A stretch of DNA of 64,000 bases from Candidatus Poriferihabitaceae bacterium (lineage in GTDB: Bacteria; Pseudomonadota; Gammaproteobacteria; Arenicellales; Poriferihabitantaceae), in the NCBI GenBank assembly GCA_965209105.1, contig CBDBQB010000033.1, positions 6,805 to 70,804 on the forward strand. Direction: 5' to 3'. Shown here one piece after another: positions 40,812 to 51,183 of the stretch. Each line of letters starts with the position of its first letter. Within the stretch, counting starts at the first letter, position 1. The translations under genes and the position numbers were made by a program. The notes under the pieces were generated by a model, which had not been told where the DNA came from, ran no database searches, and saw only the letters and a list, made by a program, of their open reading frames with translations.

Positions 40812-41456
40812 TTGGCTGAACTCCCAAATTGGTTGCCGTTCTTATTGGCTTCAATTGGTTTAACGCTGTTGCCCGGCCCTGACAATCTATTCGTCATGAG
40901 TATCGCAAGCGTGCAAGGCGCTCAAAAGGGCGTCGCAATTGCACTGGGCATGGCGTCGGGAAATTTTTTACATACGCTGGCAGTTGCCTTGGGCTTAAGT
41001 GCGCTCGTCATACAAACTCCCGCGCTTTTCACCCTCATTAAGGGCTTGGGTATTGCCTATCTGCTAAACCTCGCCTACCAAAGTTGGCAACCTCCCAATC
41101 ACATTGATTTAGCCAAGGCGTCAACACCCGCAAAAAACTCAAGCTTAAGCCTGTTTAAACGCGGTGTCTTAATGAACGTTTTAAACCCAAAAGTCAGTTT
41201 ATTTTTCATTGCTTTTTTGCCACAATTTCTGGGCCAAAATAGCGCTCACCCAATGGCAGATATACTTTTGCTTGGCACGATTTTTGTGATACAAGCCGCG
41301 ATAATTTTTAGCCTAATTGCTCTGCTAGCAGGGCAATTGTCGCCCGCGATACAGGGCACTTCGCCGATCCTGATTGCCAGGATTAGCAGCGGCATCTATC
41401 TCGCGTTAGCGGCCTATCTCGCCTTGGTTTATGCTTTACCTTATACCCAGCATTAA
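40812..41456 (+). CDS. LysE/RhtB family amino-acid efflux protein
   Basis: Six-TM protein with N-terminal LLPGPDNLFV motif; non-ATG start. Confidence 0.8.
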   Translation: MAELPNWLPFLLASIGLTLLPGPDNLFVMSIASVQGAQKGVAIALGMASGNFLHTLAVALGLSALVIQTPALFTLIKGLGIAYLLNLAYQSWQPPNHIDLAKASTPAKNSSLSLFKRGVLMNVLNPKVSLFFIAFLPQFLGQNSAHPMADILLLGTIFVIQAAIIFSLIALLAGQLSPAIQGTSPILIARISSGIYLALAAYLALVYALPYTQH

Positions 41457-41464
41457 GCCTTGGC

Positions 41465-42280
41465 TTAGCGCTGACACTCCGGGCAATAGTAGCTGGCGCG
41501 CTGCCCGATTACTCGATTTTGTATCTTCGCATCACATTGCGAACACGGCTCTCCCGCTCGACCATAAACAAGGAGTTCCTGTTTGAAATAACCGGGTTGA
41601 CCCTCTGCATTAGAAAAATCCTTAAGGCTGGTTCCGCCTTGTTTAATCGCGCGAGTCAGTACCCCTTTAATATGATCAGCCAGTTTCGCATAACGCGCTC
41701 CCGACACCCTTCCAGCTAGCCGAACAGGAGAGATTCCCGCGAGAAACAAAGCCTCACTAGCATATATATTGCCCACCCCAACCACGATTTTCTGATCCAT
41801 GATGAAGTTTTTCACGGCCAACTTTCGACCGCGCGATTTTTTAAACAAACTTTTACCGTTGAAGTTTCCTGTCAGCGGTTCAGGGCCGAGTGACGCCAGC
41901 AAAGGATGCGTGAGGACGTGCTGCTGCGTCCAAAGTAAACATCCGAATCGACGCGGATCGTTGTAACGAATGATCGCGCCGGTATCGACCTGAAGATCAA
42001 TATGATCGTGCTTATTAATCTGTGTATTTGAATCCACAATTCGCATCGAACCGGACATGCCCAAATGCCAGATCATGCTGCCACTATCAAGCTCGATCAG
42101 AATATACTTCGCGCGGCGTTTAAGAGAACGTATACGCTGCCCGCGAACCTGGGTGGCGAGGTCTACTGGCACCGGCCATCTTAAGCGCGAATCTCTGACA
42201 ATGAGTGACTGGATACGCTGGCCGTCGAGCACGCCTTTAATCCCTTGTAGCGTGGTTTCAACTTCTGGTAATTCTGGCAT
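41465..42280 (-). CDS. mutM: formamidopyrimidine-DNA glycosylase
   Basis: MPELPEVET N-terminus, H2TH domain and C-terminal zinc finger CSQC...CPECQ. Confidence 0.95.
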   Translation of the reverse strand: MPELPEVETTLQGIKGVLDGQRIQSLIVRDSRLRWPVPVDLATQVRGQRIRSLKRRAKYILIELDSGSMIWHLGMSGSMRIVDSNTQINKHDHIDLQVDTGAIIRYNDPRRFGCLLWTQQHVLTHPLLASLGPEPLTGNFNGKSLFKKSRGRKLAVKNFIMDQKIVVGVGNIYASEALFLAGISPVRLAGRVSGARYAKLADHIKGVLTRAIKQGGTSLKDFSNAEGQPGYFKQELLVYGRAGEPCSQCDAKIQNRVIGQRASYYCPECQR

Positions 42281-42346
42281 GATATTGACTGTTATTCAGA
42301 AACACGAAACCCTACAATAGCGCCAACTTATCAGCACGCAAATATT

Positions 42347-43372
42347 ATGAGTTTTAAAGTTCGCAATATATCGAACAATACCTCGTTTCGCACCGAAAAA
42401 GGTGAACCCGTTTTGACCGCCGCCCTGCGCAATGGCCACTTATACCCGTATGGCTGTCAGGCCGGTGCTTGTGGCTCATGCAAGGCGAAACTCGTCAGTG
42501 GACGGGTCGAGCATATTACCCGAGATCCGAGCGTGCTGTCTGATGATGAGGTTAAACAGGGCTTATGTTTATTATGTCAGGCTGTCCCGACCCAAGATAT
42601 TGAAATCGATATCAAGGAAGTCGCGCGGGTTAAACACATCGAGATAAAGACCATGCCAACCCGCGTGCGTGAGAAAACTATGCTCGCCGATGATGTCGTG
42701 CAGTTATTTCTCAGCGTGCCCAAAACACATGTCTTTGATTTCCTGCCCGGCCAATATTTAAAAATATTGCTAAAAAATGGCAAAGAGCGCAGTTTTTCTA
42801 TCGCCAACACGCCACAAAATATGTCTGATCAAGGCATAGAGCTACACATCCGCATCGTGCCAGAAGGGCATTACTCGCCCCAAGTCATGAACAGCCTTCA
42901 GGTCAAAGACATCTTGCGCATACAAGGCCCGTTCGGCACCTACTTCCTACGCAAGGAAAAAGATCGACCAATCATTATGGTCGCGGGGGGAACGGGCTTT
43001 GCGCCGATCAAAGGCATGATCGAAGATGCCTTTGAAGCAGGGGTTTCACAAGCGATCACCCTATACTGGGGCGCCAGAACGGAAGCGGATTTATATCTGA
43101 ATGACTTGGCCGAGAAATGGCAGCAAGACAGGCCAAATTTTAATTATGTGCCGGTACTTTCAGAACAGTTAGACGACCCCGATTGGCACGGCGAAACGGG
43201 CTTTGTCCACGAAGCGATTATTCGCGCGCATGGCTCACTCGGCAACACCAGCGTTTACGCGTCTGGACCGCCCGTCATGATTGACGCCTTGAGCAATAGC
43301 CTACCCGACCAAGGCTTGGACACTGAATTTTTTTACACCGATGCTTTTGACTACGCCGCCGCGAGCGAATAG
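42347..43372 (+). CDS. 2Fe-2S ferredoxin-fused FAD/NAD(P)H oxidoreductase (Fre / CDP-6-deoxy-hexulose reductase-like)
   Basis: CQAGACGSCKAK plant-type ferredoxin cysteines, RSFSIAN flavin motif and GGTGFAP NAD motif. Confidence 0.8.
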   Translation: MSFKVRNISNNTSFRTEKGEPVLTAALRNGHLYPYGCQAGACGSCKAKLVSGRVEHITRDPSVLSDDEVKQGLCLLCQAVPTQDIEIDIKEVARVKHIEIKTMPTRVREKTMLADDVVQLFLSVPKTHVFDFLPGQYLKILLKNGKERSFSIANTPQNMSDQGIELHIRIVPEGHYSPQVMNSLQVKDILRIQGPFGTYFLRKEKDRPIIMVAGGTGFAPIKGMIEDAFEAGVSQAITLYWGARTEADLYLNDLAEKWQQDRPNFNYVPVLSEQLDDPDWHGETGFVHEAIIRAHGSLGNTSVYASGPPVMIDALSNSLPDQGLDTEFFYTDAFDYAAASE

Positions 43373-45187
43373 ATGAAACAATTTTACTACCTGTTTGTTC
43401 TTGTAATTGTTTTAAGCGCTTGTGACGCCCCCTCAACAACAGAAAAAACAGCCGATTCAATACAAAGCACAGCCACGACACCACAAAAGGATATTGGCCA
43501 TCTGACCACGGATGCCGCGAACGCCTTAATGCGCGAATCTACGCCGGAAATTTTGGCCTATGAGCAAGCTATCGCCGACATGCTAGCCACTGATCTGCCC
43601 ATTTTGACCCTCAATGCCCAGCCCCAGCCAAGCTTATCGCTGAACGACCCTGGCCTAGTAGCGGAAAAGCTAGCGCTGCGGAATCGCTCATTTCGCAAGT
43701 TCAGCCACCACATTCAGAACAAACAAGCCCTGCGCAGCGAAGTGATGCTATCGCGCCGAGCCTTACCTGGAGATTTTAGGAAAAACCAAGCGGCGCACTG
43801 TGCCAAAACGGCGTGCTATCGCGTCGATATGTACAACTATTTTTATAATCTAACCAGTACCGCCATCGTCGATATTACAGCCAAACGTGTGGTGTCGGTG
43901 GATCATCTGGCCAATACGCAGCCCGACTTGAATGCGCGACTCAAACAACTCGCGCTGGCAATCGCCAATCATTCGCCGGATGTGATCGAACGCCTCGGTG
44001 CCGCACACGGCGATCTACAGCCGACCATGGTGGAGATCAAAACCGCCTTAAAAGGCAGTCGTTGTGAACGCTCCAAACATCTGTGTGTTGCGCCCACCTA
44101 CGTCGTTGGTAATCGCGCATTATGGGCGATTGTGGATTTAACCGATCTTAAACTGGTGGGCTTGCGATGGAGCGAATTGGGAACATCTGGGCCGCCAGTG
44201 ATCGTCACTGAACGGACTTTAGAAAACCGCTATGTATTCAATGAATTTTGTGAGAAAACCAATCATTACGCATCCAATGATTGGTCGTTCGATTACAACA
44301 TCACCAGCTCAGACGGAATGCATCTCACCGACGTCAAGTTCAAGAATAAGGCAACAATCGATAGCGTCAAGCTGGTGGATTGGCATGTATCGTATTCGCA
44401 CCAAGACAATTTTGGCTACTCCGACGCGATAGGCTGCCCCGTATTCAGCTCTGCCGTGGTGGTCGCACACCAAGGCCCTAAACAAGAAACGATTACGCAT
44501 GAGGGCAAGCAGATCGGCTTCGCATTTATCCAAGATTTCCGTCAGCTTCCGTGGCCGGCGCCTTGTAATTATCGCTATGAGCAGCGCTTTGAATTTTATA
44601 ATGATGGCCGATTTAGAATCGCCTTTGCCGATTATGGTCGTGGCTGTGGCACCGACGGGACTTATCGCCCGGTCGCGCGCATTGATCTTGCGCAAGATGC
44701 TACTGCACCTTTTGAAATCGCCCATTATTCCGATGGTCAATGGGAGACTTGGGATCAGGAGCGCTGGACACAGCAAGATGATATTGGCGCCTTGGAATCA
44801 CAATACAGCCATCGTATCGCAGACAAGCACGGCGAAGGTTTTTACTTAGCGCCGAGCAACGGCCAGTTTAGCGACAAAGGTCGCGGTGATCACGCCTATA
44901 TCTATGCAACCGTCAATCATCCTGATCGAGACGAGGGCGAGCGCGACTTAAGTACTTTGGGTTCGTGCTGTAATAAGGATTACCAACAAGGCCCCGAGCT
45001 TTTTATGCAGCCCGCCGAAAGCTTGGTCGAGCAGGATTGGATATTGTGGTACGTCGCGCAAATAAAAAACGACGGTGCTGCTGGCAGCGAATACTGTTGG
45101 GCGGACACCGAAGTCGTCAACGGCTCACCCAAAATAAAAGTATGGCCCTGCTTTGCGGGACCGATGTTCGTACCGATCAAGCCCTAA
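43373..45187 (+). CDS. lipoprotein of unknown function
   Basis: Lipobox VLSAC. 604 aa. The start codon directly abuts the stop of the reductase gene. Only a vague resemblance to the copper amine oxidase catalytic region (W.F....DG..L..V.F; NYRYE). Confidence 0.55.
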   Translation: MKQFYYLFVLVIVLSACDAPSTTEKTADSIQSTATTPQKDIGHLTTDAANALMRESTPEILAYEQAIADMLATDLPILTLNAQPQPSLSLNDPGLVAEKLALRNRSFRKFSHHIQNKQALRSEVMLSRRALPGDFRKNQAAHCAKTACYRVDMYNYFYNLTSTAIVDITAKRVVSVDHLANTQPDLNARLKQLALAIANHSPDVIERLGAAHGDLQPTMVEIKTALKGSRCERSKHLCVAPTYVVGNRALWAIVDLTDLKLVGLRWSELGTSGPPVIVTERTLENRYVFNEFCEKTNHYASNDWSFDYNITSSDGMHLTDVKFKNKATIDSVKLVDWHVSYSHQDNFGYSDAIGCPVFSSAVVVAHQGPKQETITHEGKQIGFAFIQDFRQLPWPAPCNYRYEQRFEFYNDGRFRIAFADYGRGCGTDGTYRPVARIDLAQDATAPFEIAHYSDGQWETWDQERWTQQDDIGALESQYSHRIADKHGEGFYLAPSNGQFSDKGRGDHAYIYATVNHPDRDEGERDLSTLGSCCNKDYQQGPELFMQPAESLVEQDWILWYVAQIKNDGAAGSEYCWADTEVVNGSPKIKVWPCFAGPMFVPIKP

Positions 45188-45500
45188 ACCGCGCGGTAAA
45201 GTGCATGGTTTATGTTCCCGCTCGTTTGAGCCGAATTAGCCCTCGAACACAGGCAAAGATCGCGTATATAAATAGGCCGCTTAAAATAGCCGAGCTGCCC
45301 GCCCAAAGAATGGTTTTACCCGCGGGCCATCGATTGGGTTCTGCCGCATTTAACCAAAGGAGACCTCTGCATAACTACAGCACAAGACAAAACGCCTAAT
45401 AGGTTCCAATCTTTTCGCCAAAATATCGCGCAATAGCTCGCTAATACACTCCATTTTGTCAAAAACCTTGAAAATATTATCTCGTTTTCCTATGCACTTT

Positions 45501-45517
45501 AGTTATGCTGAGGTCTC
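45501..45517. repeat. solo IS5-family terminal-repeat relic
   Basis: AGTTATGCTGAGGTCTC matches the IS right end AGTTATGCTGCGGTCTC at 16 of 17 positions. There is no IS body next to it. Confidence 0.5.
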
Positions 45518-45653
45518 CAAAGATAAAATATCACGCCTACACGCCTAGTGCGCAATAAATTGCGGCCATCATTGAACCGATTAGTCCGAGCCAATATAAG
45601 ACGAGCATATTGTTTGCGGTGACGAACACTCATGCCTAAGCAAACATTATGCT

Positions 45654-46991
45654 TTAAGCTTTATGCTCGATAACGCTTGTGGGCACAGGGCTCGCAGCCG
45701 CGTCGGTTGCCAAATTCCCGCCGACAATCACCAACGCCGGATCACGCGTGCTGGATGTTTCATTCATTTCTAATGCTGGAGTTGCGGTCGCACTCCCAAC
45801 GACCGAACGCTCCCCAATTGATGCTTGCATACCTTGTTTGTAATACGACAAAGCCGTTTTTGGATTGCCCTCGGCTTCATACAGCTGGCCGAGCTCGTAA
45901 AACGCTTCGTCCCCTGCCCCCAGCGCAATCGATTTATTGAAATACAAACGCGCCTTATCCGCCAGCCCGTGTGCTTGATTAAGCCGCGCCAAACATAAAT
46001 TTACATTGGCATCATCTTCGTGCTCTGCAAGCCACGCCGTCGCGAATGCAATTTGCTTGCGTAAATCTTTCATCCGAGTTTTGCCATATAACGCGGCCAA
46101 GTCCGTGTTCCACTGCTGCTTTATGGCTTTGCGCACCACCACTTCAGCATCGTTTAACTCGCCTTCTGTGATGAGTTTCTGCGCGTAGAGCATGGCCATC
46201 TGCGCATCTTTTTTGCGCTTTGCCGGCAGCTTTTTGTATTGCGCTAGGGTCGATAGATTGTTCGCGTCAGGAACCGCTACATGAAGATTCGCTTCGCGCA
46301 CCGAAATATCAAGCGCACTCAGCTGATCTTTGGGCAAGGCCTTTGCCTTGCTTAATTTCGGTAGTAACGCACTGACCGCTTGCCAGTCGCCAGTCTGCTG
46401 ATAATTGTCAGCCATTAAGCGCAGGATGGTTTTATTGGCCGGCGCGTGATGGTGCATATCGGCCAATAACGCCGTCACCTGCTCGAACTCGCTGGCTTGC
46501 AGCAGCATTCTGGCTCTGGTGATGTCGATGGCCATGCGATTGGCCGGATCAGTTTTTTCTGCCTCGGCAAGATATTCATCGCGCTTGTCATAGTTCTTCT
46601 GCTGTTGCGCCGCATATGCGGCACCCAAATAGTTGAGCATCGGCGTGTTGCAATGCCCCAAACGCTTAAGCAAATCTTTCTCGCCCTGTGCCCAATTACC
46701 CTCAATTAAGCGGGCATAACCCCGAAGGGTGTCGGTTTGCGCATTTTTGTTCTGCCGCTGTTGGTTCCATTGCTTAACCTTCTTAGGCGCCCGAAACAAT
46801 CCAAACAAGAAGTTAAACAATAAATATAATATCGCAAACGCAGCGAAGATCAATAAAACTGCGAGCACCAAGGGCAATTCCCAGCTATTTTGGCCATACG
46901 ATAACACCATCAAGCCAGGATCATCCAAAAACACCAGCCCAAGCGTCGTTGCCGCGACTAAGGCTATGACGCTGACAATTAATAATTTCAT
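45654..46991 (-). CDS. hemY: heme biosynthesis-associated TPR protein HemY
   Basis: Two N-terminal TM segments followed by TPR repeats; follows hemX. Confidence 0.85.
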   Translation of the reverse strand: MKLLIVSVIALVAATTLGLVFLDDPGLMVLSYGQNSWELPLVLAVLLIFAAFAILYLLFNFLFGLFRAPKKVKQWNQQRQNKNAQTDTLRGYARLIEGNWAQGEKDLLKRLGHCNTPMLNYLGAAYAAQQQKNYDKRDEYLAEAEKTDPANRMAIDITRARMLLQASEFEQVTALLADMHHHAPANKTILRLMADNYQQTGDWQAVSALLPKLSKAKALPKDQLSALDISVREANLHVAVPDANNLSTLAQYKKLPAKRKKDAQMAMLYAQKLITEGELNDAEVVVRKAIKQQWNTDLAALYGKTRMKDLRKQIAFATAWLAEHEDDANVNLCLARLNQAHGLADKARLYFNKSIALGAGDEAFYELGQLYEAEGNPKTALSYYKQGMQASIGERSVVGSATATPALEMNETSSTRDPALVIVGGNLATDAAASPVPTSVIEHKA

Positions 46992-47063
46992 CGTAATCTC
47001 CCCCCTCTACAGGCGCTCCTATTGATTAAACGAAAAGCCAACCATTGACATACATGCATAAGC

Positions 47064-48291
47064 TTAGTTCTCCAATACCATGACGCGATCCAAGGCGCTC
47101 AGCGCAGCCGTGATTGAATCGACATTTAAGCCAATATCTTGCTCAGCGAGCGATTGTAGCTCCGATGAAAAAAGCTCGGCTTTTGGCTCATCCAGATTAA
47201 AGCTTGCTTTCAACGCGGCTTCGGCCTGCCCCAGATGAGACTGAAATATCGCTGTATCTCGGCGTAGCAATGCCACCATTGCGGCTTTGAATATTTAGCT
47301 GCAAAGATTCATACACCACAAAGCGAGCACTGGAATCCAGTGACGGCCTGAGCGGCGCATCGAGATTTTTGTGTTTAACCATGCTGCCAATTCCGCCAAG
47401 CAATGACTTGCCCATTGCCATCAAACCATCATCGCTCGCTTTTTCCGGGCTTGTATCCTCTGCATTTACACCGGCTTGCCCTCGCGAATCTTCGGCCAGC
47501 GCCAGTTGTGGAATTAAATCACTCAGGCCACGCAGCCTGTTATTTAGTGCCGGTACATCCAGCATTTCATGGGACTTAAGCTGGAGTCTATCTTTTGCCA
47601 GCGCTGATTTGACTGCTGCGAGTCTTGGATTGTCCATTCGTCCCAACATGGCTTGGGCAATTCCCAAGCCTTTTTCGGCGCGAGCGGCATCGCCGCTTAA
47701 GGTATACAGTTGATTCACCCCTGAAAGCAGCGAGTGAAGCTCATCGAGCTTCCAGCGGGCGACACTTTGGCCCAAATTCGCTTTGACTTCGTCCATTGAT
47801 GCGCTCGTTACTTGCTTAAGATCATCCAAGCCAGATTCGAGCGTGCGCAAGCTCTCATCTATGCGCTTAACATCGCTGTCTAAACGATCCCCCATATTAT
47901 CGGCATCTTTATCGGCTTCAGACAACAATGATTTAAGACTTTGCTGATCGGTCGTCAGTAATTTTAAGCGATCATCAAAGCTGCCCACTTGGGCGCCTGT
48001 CACCTGCTGGTTAAGGGTCGTTTGATACGCAGCATAGCCGCCTGCTGCCAAGGCTAAAACACTGCACAATAGTGCCAACCAAGCAATTCCGCGACCTGGC
48101 TTAGGCTGGGCTTGCTTGCTTACATTATCAACAGTTGCCGCAATCACAGAATTGACTGCAAGTTCGGTAGGCTTAGATACCGCGGGTTCTTTTTCCGATT
48201 GTTTTGCAGCGCTACTCGAAACAGGTTTGGATACCTCTGGGCTGGTCGCTTTAGATGTACCAAGCTTTTTTGTCGACTTTTTACGACTCAC
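47064..48291 (-). pseudogene. hemX: HemX (uroporphyrinogen-III methyltransferase-annotated family), apparent 1-nt frameshift
   Basis: ORF 47197..48291 and ORF 47064..47279 are consecutive parts. Removing one A from the coding-strand run (complement TTT at 47286-47288) gives ...SLQLNIQAAMVALLRRDTAIF.... Confidence 0.75.
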
Positions 48292-48431
48292 AAGTCCTCC
48301 TTTGTCGGTAACATATTAGTTTACTCCGCTTTGGTATGGCTGGAGCAATACTGATTTTGGCTCACTATTATAAGCATAATGATGAAGTGGATGAATCTAA
48401 ACTTCGAGCAACTCGGTTTCCCAACTCAATT

Positions 48432-49025
48432 TTATGTCGCGTAACACAACCACGTTGTGGCGATATATTTAACCCCTTGCGCTAACTCGGAATTCTGATG
48501 CAAGTATGGCCAAAAAGGAGGGAATAACACTAGGCGCCCAGCCTTAGGCTGAATAGATAAATTCTGATGGTAAAACTCGGTGGCGCCGCCCGGCCCCGCA
48601 ACGTCGTTCAAATACCATATTGCGACCAATACCCGCTGGCTTAACTCACCTGAACCGGCATCAACATGCCAACGATAATATTCTCCTGCGCGCGTTCGCT
48701 GTAAATTGTAGCCCAAATCTTTAAACGTATTGGCACTAAAAAACGGATGCAAGGCAGATAGGCTGCGAAGAGCTTTGTGCATCGAGGCACGTAACAAATC
48801 GTCGTATTGTTGCCAATCTTCGCGTCCACTGATGTGTAAATCGGTCGACTTTTTGACTTGCTCAGCAAGCTCGCGCTCCGCACCAATTCTGCCTTGATAA
48901 TGCTGCCCTGAATTCGCTTCAAATTGTCCGATCATGGCTGAACACTGATCCAATGGAATCGCCTCATCCACCGAATAAATAAAACTCTGTGGTGCAATCT
49001 CCTGCAAAGGATATAAATCTGTCAT
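48432..49025 (-). CDS. 2OG-Fe(II) oxygenase (prolyl 4-hydroxylase-like)
   Basis: WHVD (HxD) and a downstream His/Arg in a double-stranded beta-helix context (GRLVLFPP). Confidence 0.65.
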   Translation of the reverse strand: MTDLYPLQEIAPQSFIYSVDEAIPLDQCSAMIGQFEANSGQHYQGRIGAERELAEQVKKSTDLHISGREDWQQYDDLLRASMHKALRSLSALHPFFSANTFKDLGYNLQRTRAGEYYRWHVDAGSGELSQRVLVAIWYLNDVAGPGGATEFYHQNLSIQPKAGRLVLFPPFWPYLHQNSELAQGVKYIATTWLCYAT

Positions 49026-49050
49026 AAACTTTTTACGCTTTAAAACACTA

Positions 49051-49209
49051 GAGAGCTTTGCATAAATCAGTAGCGAAAGAAAAATGAGGTAAAATTCCTC
49101 TGTTTGAGGCGGGAAATGCAGCTAATAGCAGGCTATTGGCCAGTTTTCCAACGAAAAACAGGGGAAGTTTAACCATTTTTACTCTTTATCTGATTAATGC
49201 AAAGCTCTC
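49051..49209 (+). mobile_element. 159-bp MITE, copy 2
   Basis: TIRs GAGAGCTTTGCATAAATCAG and CTGATTAATGCAAAGCTCTC. Flanks CACTA and TACTA (4 of 5 identical). Intergenic, upstream of fabA. Confidence 0.8.
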
Positions 49210-49315
49210 TACTAGCAGTACGCCAAGCCAAATAGTCGCGTCTAGGTTTGCTTTGATGTCTACGCGGGAGTCTAGTAGAATCGCGCGCTTGGTGCACCCT
49301 TACCAATAAAATAAT

Positions 49316-49831
49316 ATGTCTAAGCAAAATAAATATAGTTACAAGGAACTTATTGCCTGTGGCCATGGGCAAGTTTTCGGTGACGGCAACGCAAGGCTCC
49401 CCCTGCCCAATATGCTGATGTTTGATCGCATCACACATATTAGTGATGAAGGGGGTGAGTTTGGTAAAGGAGAAATTGTTGCCGAATTGGACGTAAAACC
49501 TGAACTTTGGTTTTTCGATTGTCACTTCGAAACTGACCCGGTGATGCCCGGCTGTTTAGGGCTAGACGCCTTATGGCAGCTCGTTGGATTTTATCTCGGT
49601 TGGATAGGTGGGCCGGGCAGAGGCCGCGCGCTGGGTACCGGCGAAGTAAAATTCACCGGGCAAATATTACCCACCGCTAAAAAAGTTACCTATCGTTTGG
49701 ATTTAAAGCGGGTTATTTCGCGCCGCCTTTATATGGGTATTGCTGACGGCACCGTTGAAGTGGATGGAAGAGTAGTCTACAACTGCAAGGATTTACGCGT
49801 TGGCTTGTTTACCGACACCAGTAGTTTCTAG
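49316..49831 (+). CDS. fabA: 3-hydroxydecanoyl-ACP dehydratase/isomerase FabA
   Basis: [24 protein letters not shown] active-site region; 171 aa. Confidence 0.95.
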   Translation: MSKQNKYSYKELIACGHGQVFGDGNARLPLPNMLMFDRITHISDEGGEFGKGEIVAELDVKPELWFFDCHFETDPVMPGCLGLDALWQLVGFYLGWIGGPGRGRALGTGEVKFTGQILPTAKKVTYRLDLKRVISRRLYMGIADGTVEVDGRVVYNCKDLRVGLFTDTSSF

Positions 49832-49841
49832 GGGAAATCAC

Positions 49842-51057
49842 ATGCGTAGAGTCGTCGTCACTGGAATGGGCATTGTCTCCAGCCTAGGAAATCACAAATC
49901 AGAAGTCTTGGAATCGCTTAAGGCTGGGCGCTCAGGGATTGTTGCCGCCCCCGAATACACCGAATTGGGCATGCGCTCTCAAGTTCATGGCAAGATAGAT
50001 ATCGACGCAAAAGGAATAATTGATCGCAAGATATATCGCTTTATGGGCGATGCCGCAGCGTTTACTTATATCGCCATGCAAGAAGCCATTGAAGATTCTG
50101 GTTTGAGCGAGTCGCAAGTTGCTTCTGAGCGAACGGGGCTCATTCTTGGCACCGGCGGTGCGTCGCCTGAAAATATCGTTAAAGCAGCGGACACCCTGCG
50201 CGAACGCGGCGTCAAACGCGTGGGGCCGTATATGGTCACCAAAGCAATGGCCAGCACGGTTCCTGCTTGTATCAGTACGCCATTTAAAATTAAAGGCGTG
50301 TCGTACACCATTTCCTCGGCTTGCTCAACCAGCGCGCATTGTATCGGCCACGGCGCCGAACTGATTCAATTTGGCAAGCAAGATATTGTCTTTGCGGGCG
50401 GTGGAGAAGAAGTCCATTGGTCCTTATCCGTCTTGTTTGACGGCATGGGCGCCATGTCTAGCAATTATAATGACACGCCGCAGCGCGCATCACGCGCCTA
50501 TGATCAAGACCGCGACGGCTTTGTTATCTCTGGCGGCGGTAGCGTTTTGGTACTTGAAGACTTAGACCATGCGCGTGGCACGCGGTGCGACAATTTACGC
50601 CGAACTGAGCGGCTATGGCGCTACCTCTGACGGCTACGATATGGTGCAGCCTTCTGGAGAAGGCGCAGCACGTTGTATGCGTCAAGCCATGCAAACCGTC
50701 GACGCACCCATTGATTATCTGAACGCACACGGCACCAGCACACCCATCGGAGATCTACGCGAACTAGAAGCGATTAAAGAAGTATTTGGGGACAATTCAC
50801 CGAAAATTAGCTCGACCAAATCCTTGTCCGGTCATGCCCTGGGTGCCGCTGGCTCGAATGAAGCGATATACTCATTGCTGATGATGCAAAACGATTTTAT
50901 CGTCGGCTCAGCGAATATAGAAAACTTGGATGAACAAGCCAATGATTTTAAAGTTATCCAAGAGAACCAATACGATACGCGCATAGACACTGTTATGTCG
51001 AACAGCTTTGGTTTTGGTGGCACCAACTGTTCTCTGATTTTTACGCGTTATCGTTAA
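49842..51057 (+). pseudogene. fabB: 3-oxoacyl-ACP synthase I FabB, apparent 1-nt frameshift
   Basis: [17 protein letters not shown] start. ORFs 49800..50630 and 50569..51057 are the two halves. Deleting one base near 50574 gives ...[27 protein letters not shown]..., colinear with FabB. Confidence 0.85.
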
Positions 51058-51183
51058 AAAGCCAAACGGAACATTTTTTAAATATTTTGGATTAATCCCA
51101 GAGCATCATACTGACAATCCCCATTCAATTCGTTACACTCACCGATTTACGGCCATTCACTAGGACGAACACCTTTAATAATC

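Noticed and set aside
45037-45399. A 120-aa plus-strand ORF overlapping the 3' end of the lipoprotein gene and the intergenic region.
   Set aside because: It has an Arg/Ala-rich low-complexity translation, no ribosome-binding site, and overlaps a supported gene. It is probably spurious.
49169-49525. A 118-aa minus-strand ORF upstream of and overlapping fabA.
   Set aside because: It runs through the MITE and antisense to the fabA 5' end, and it has no recognisable features.
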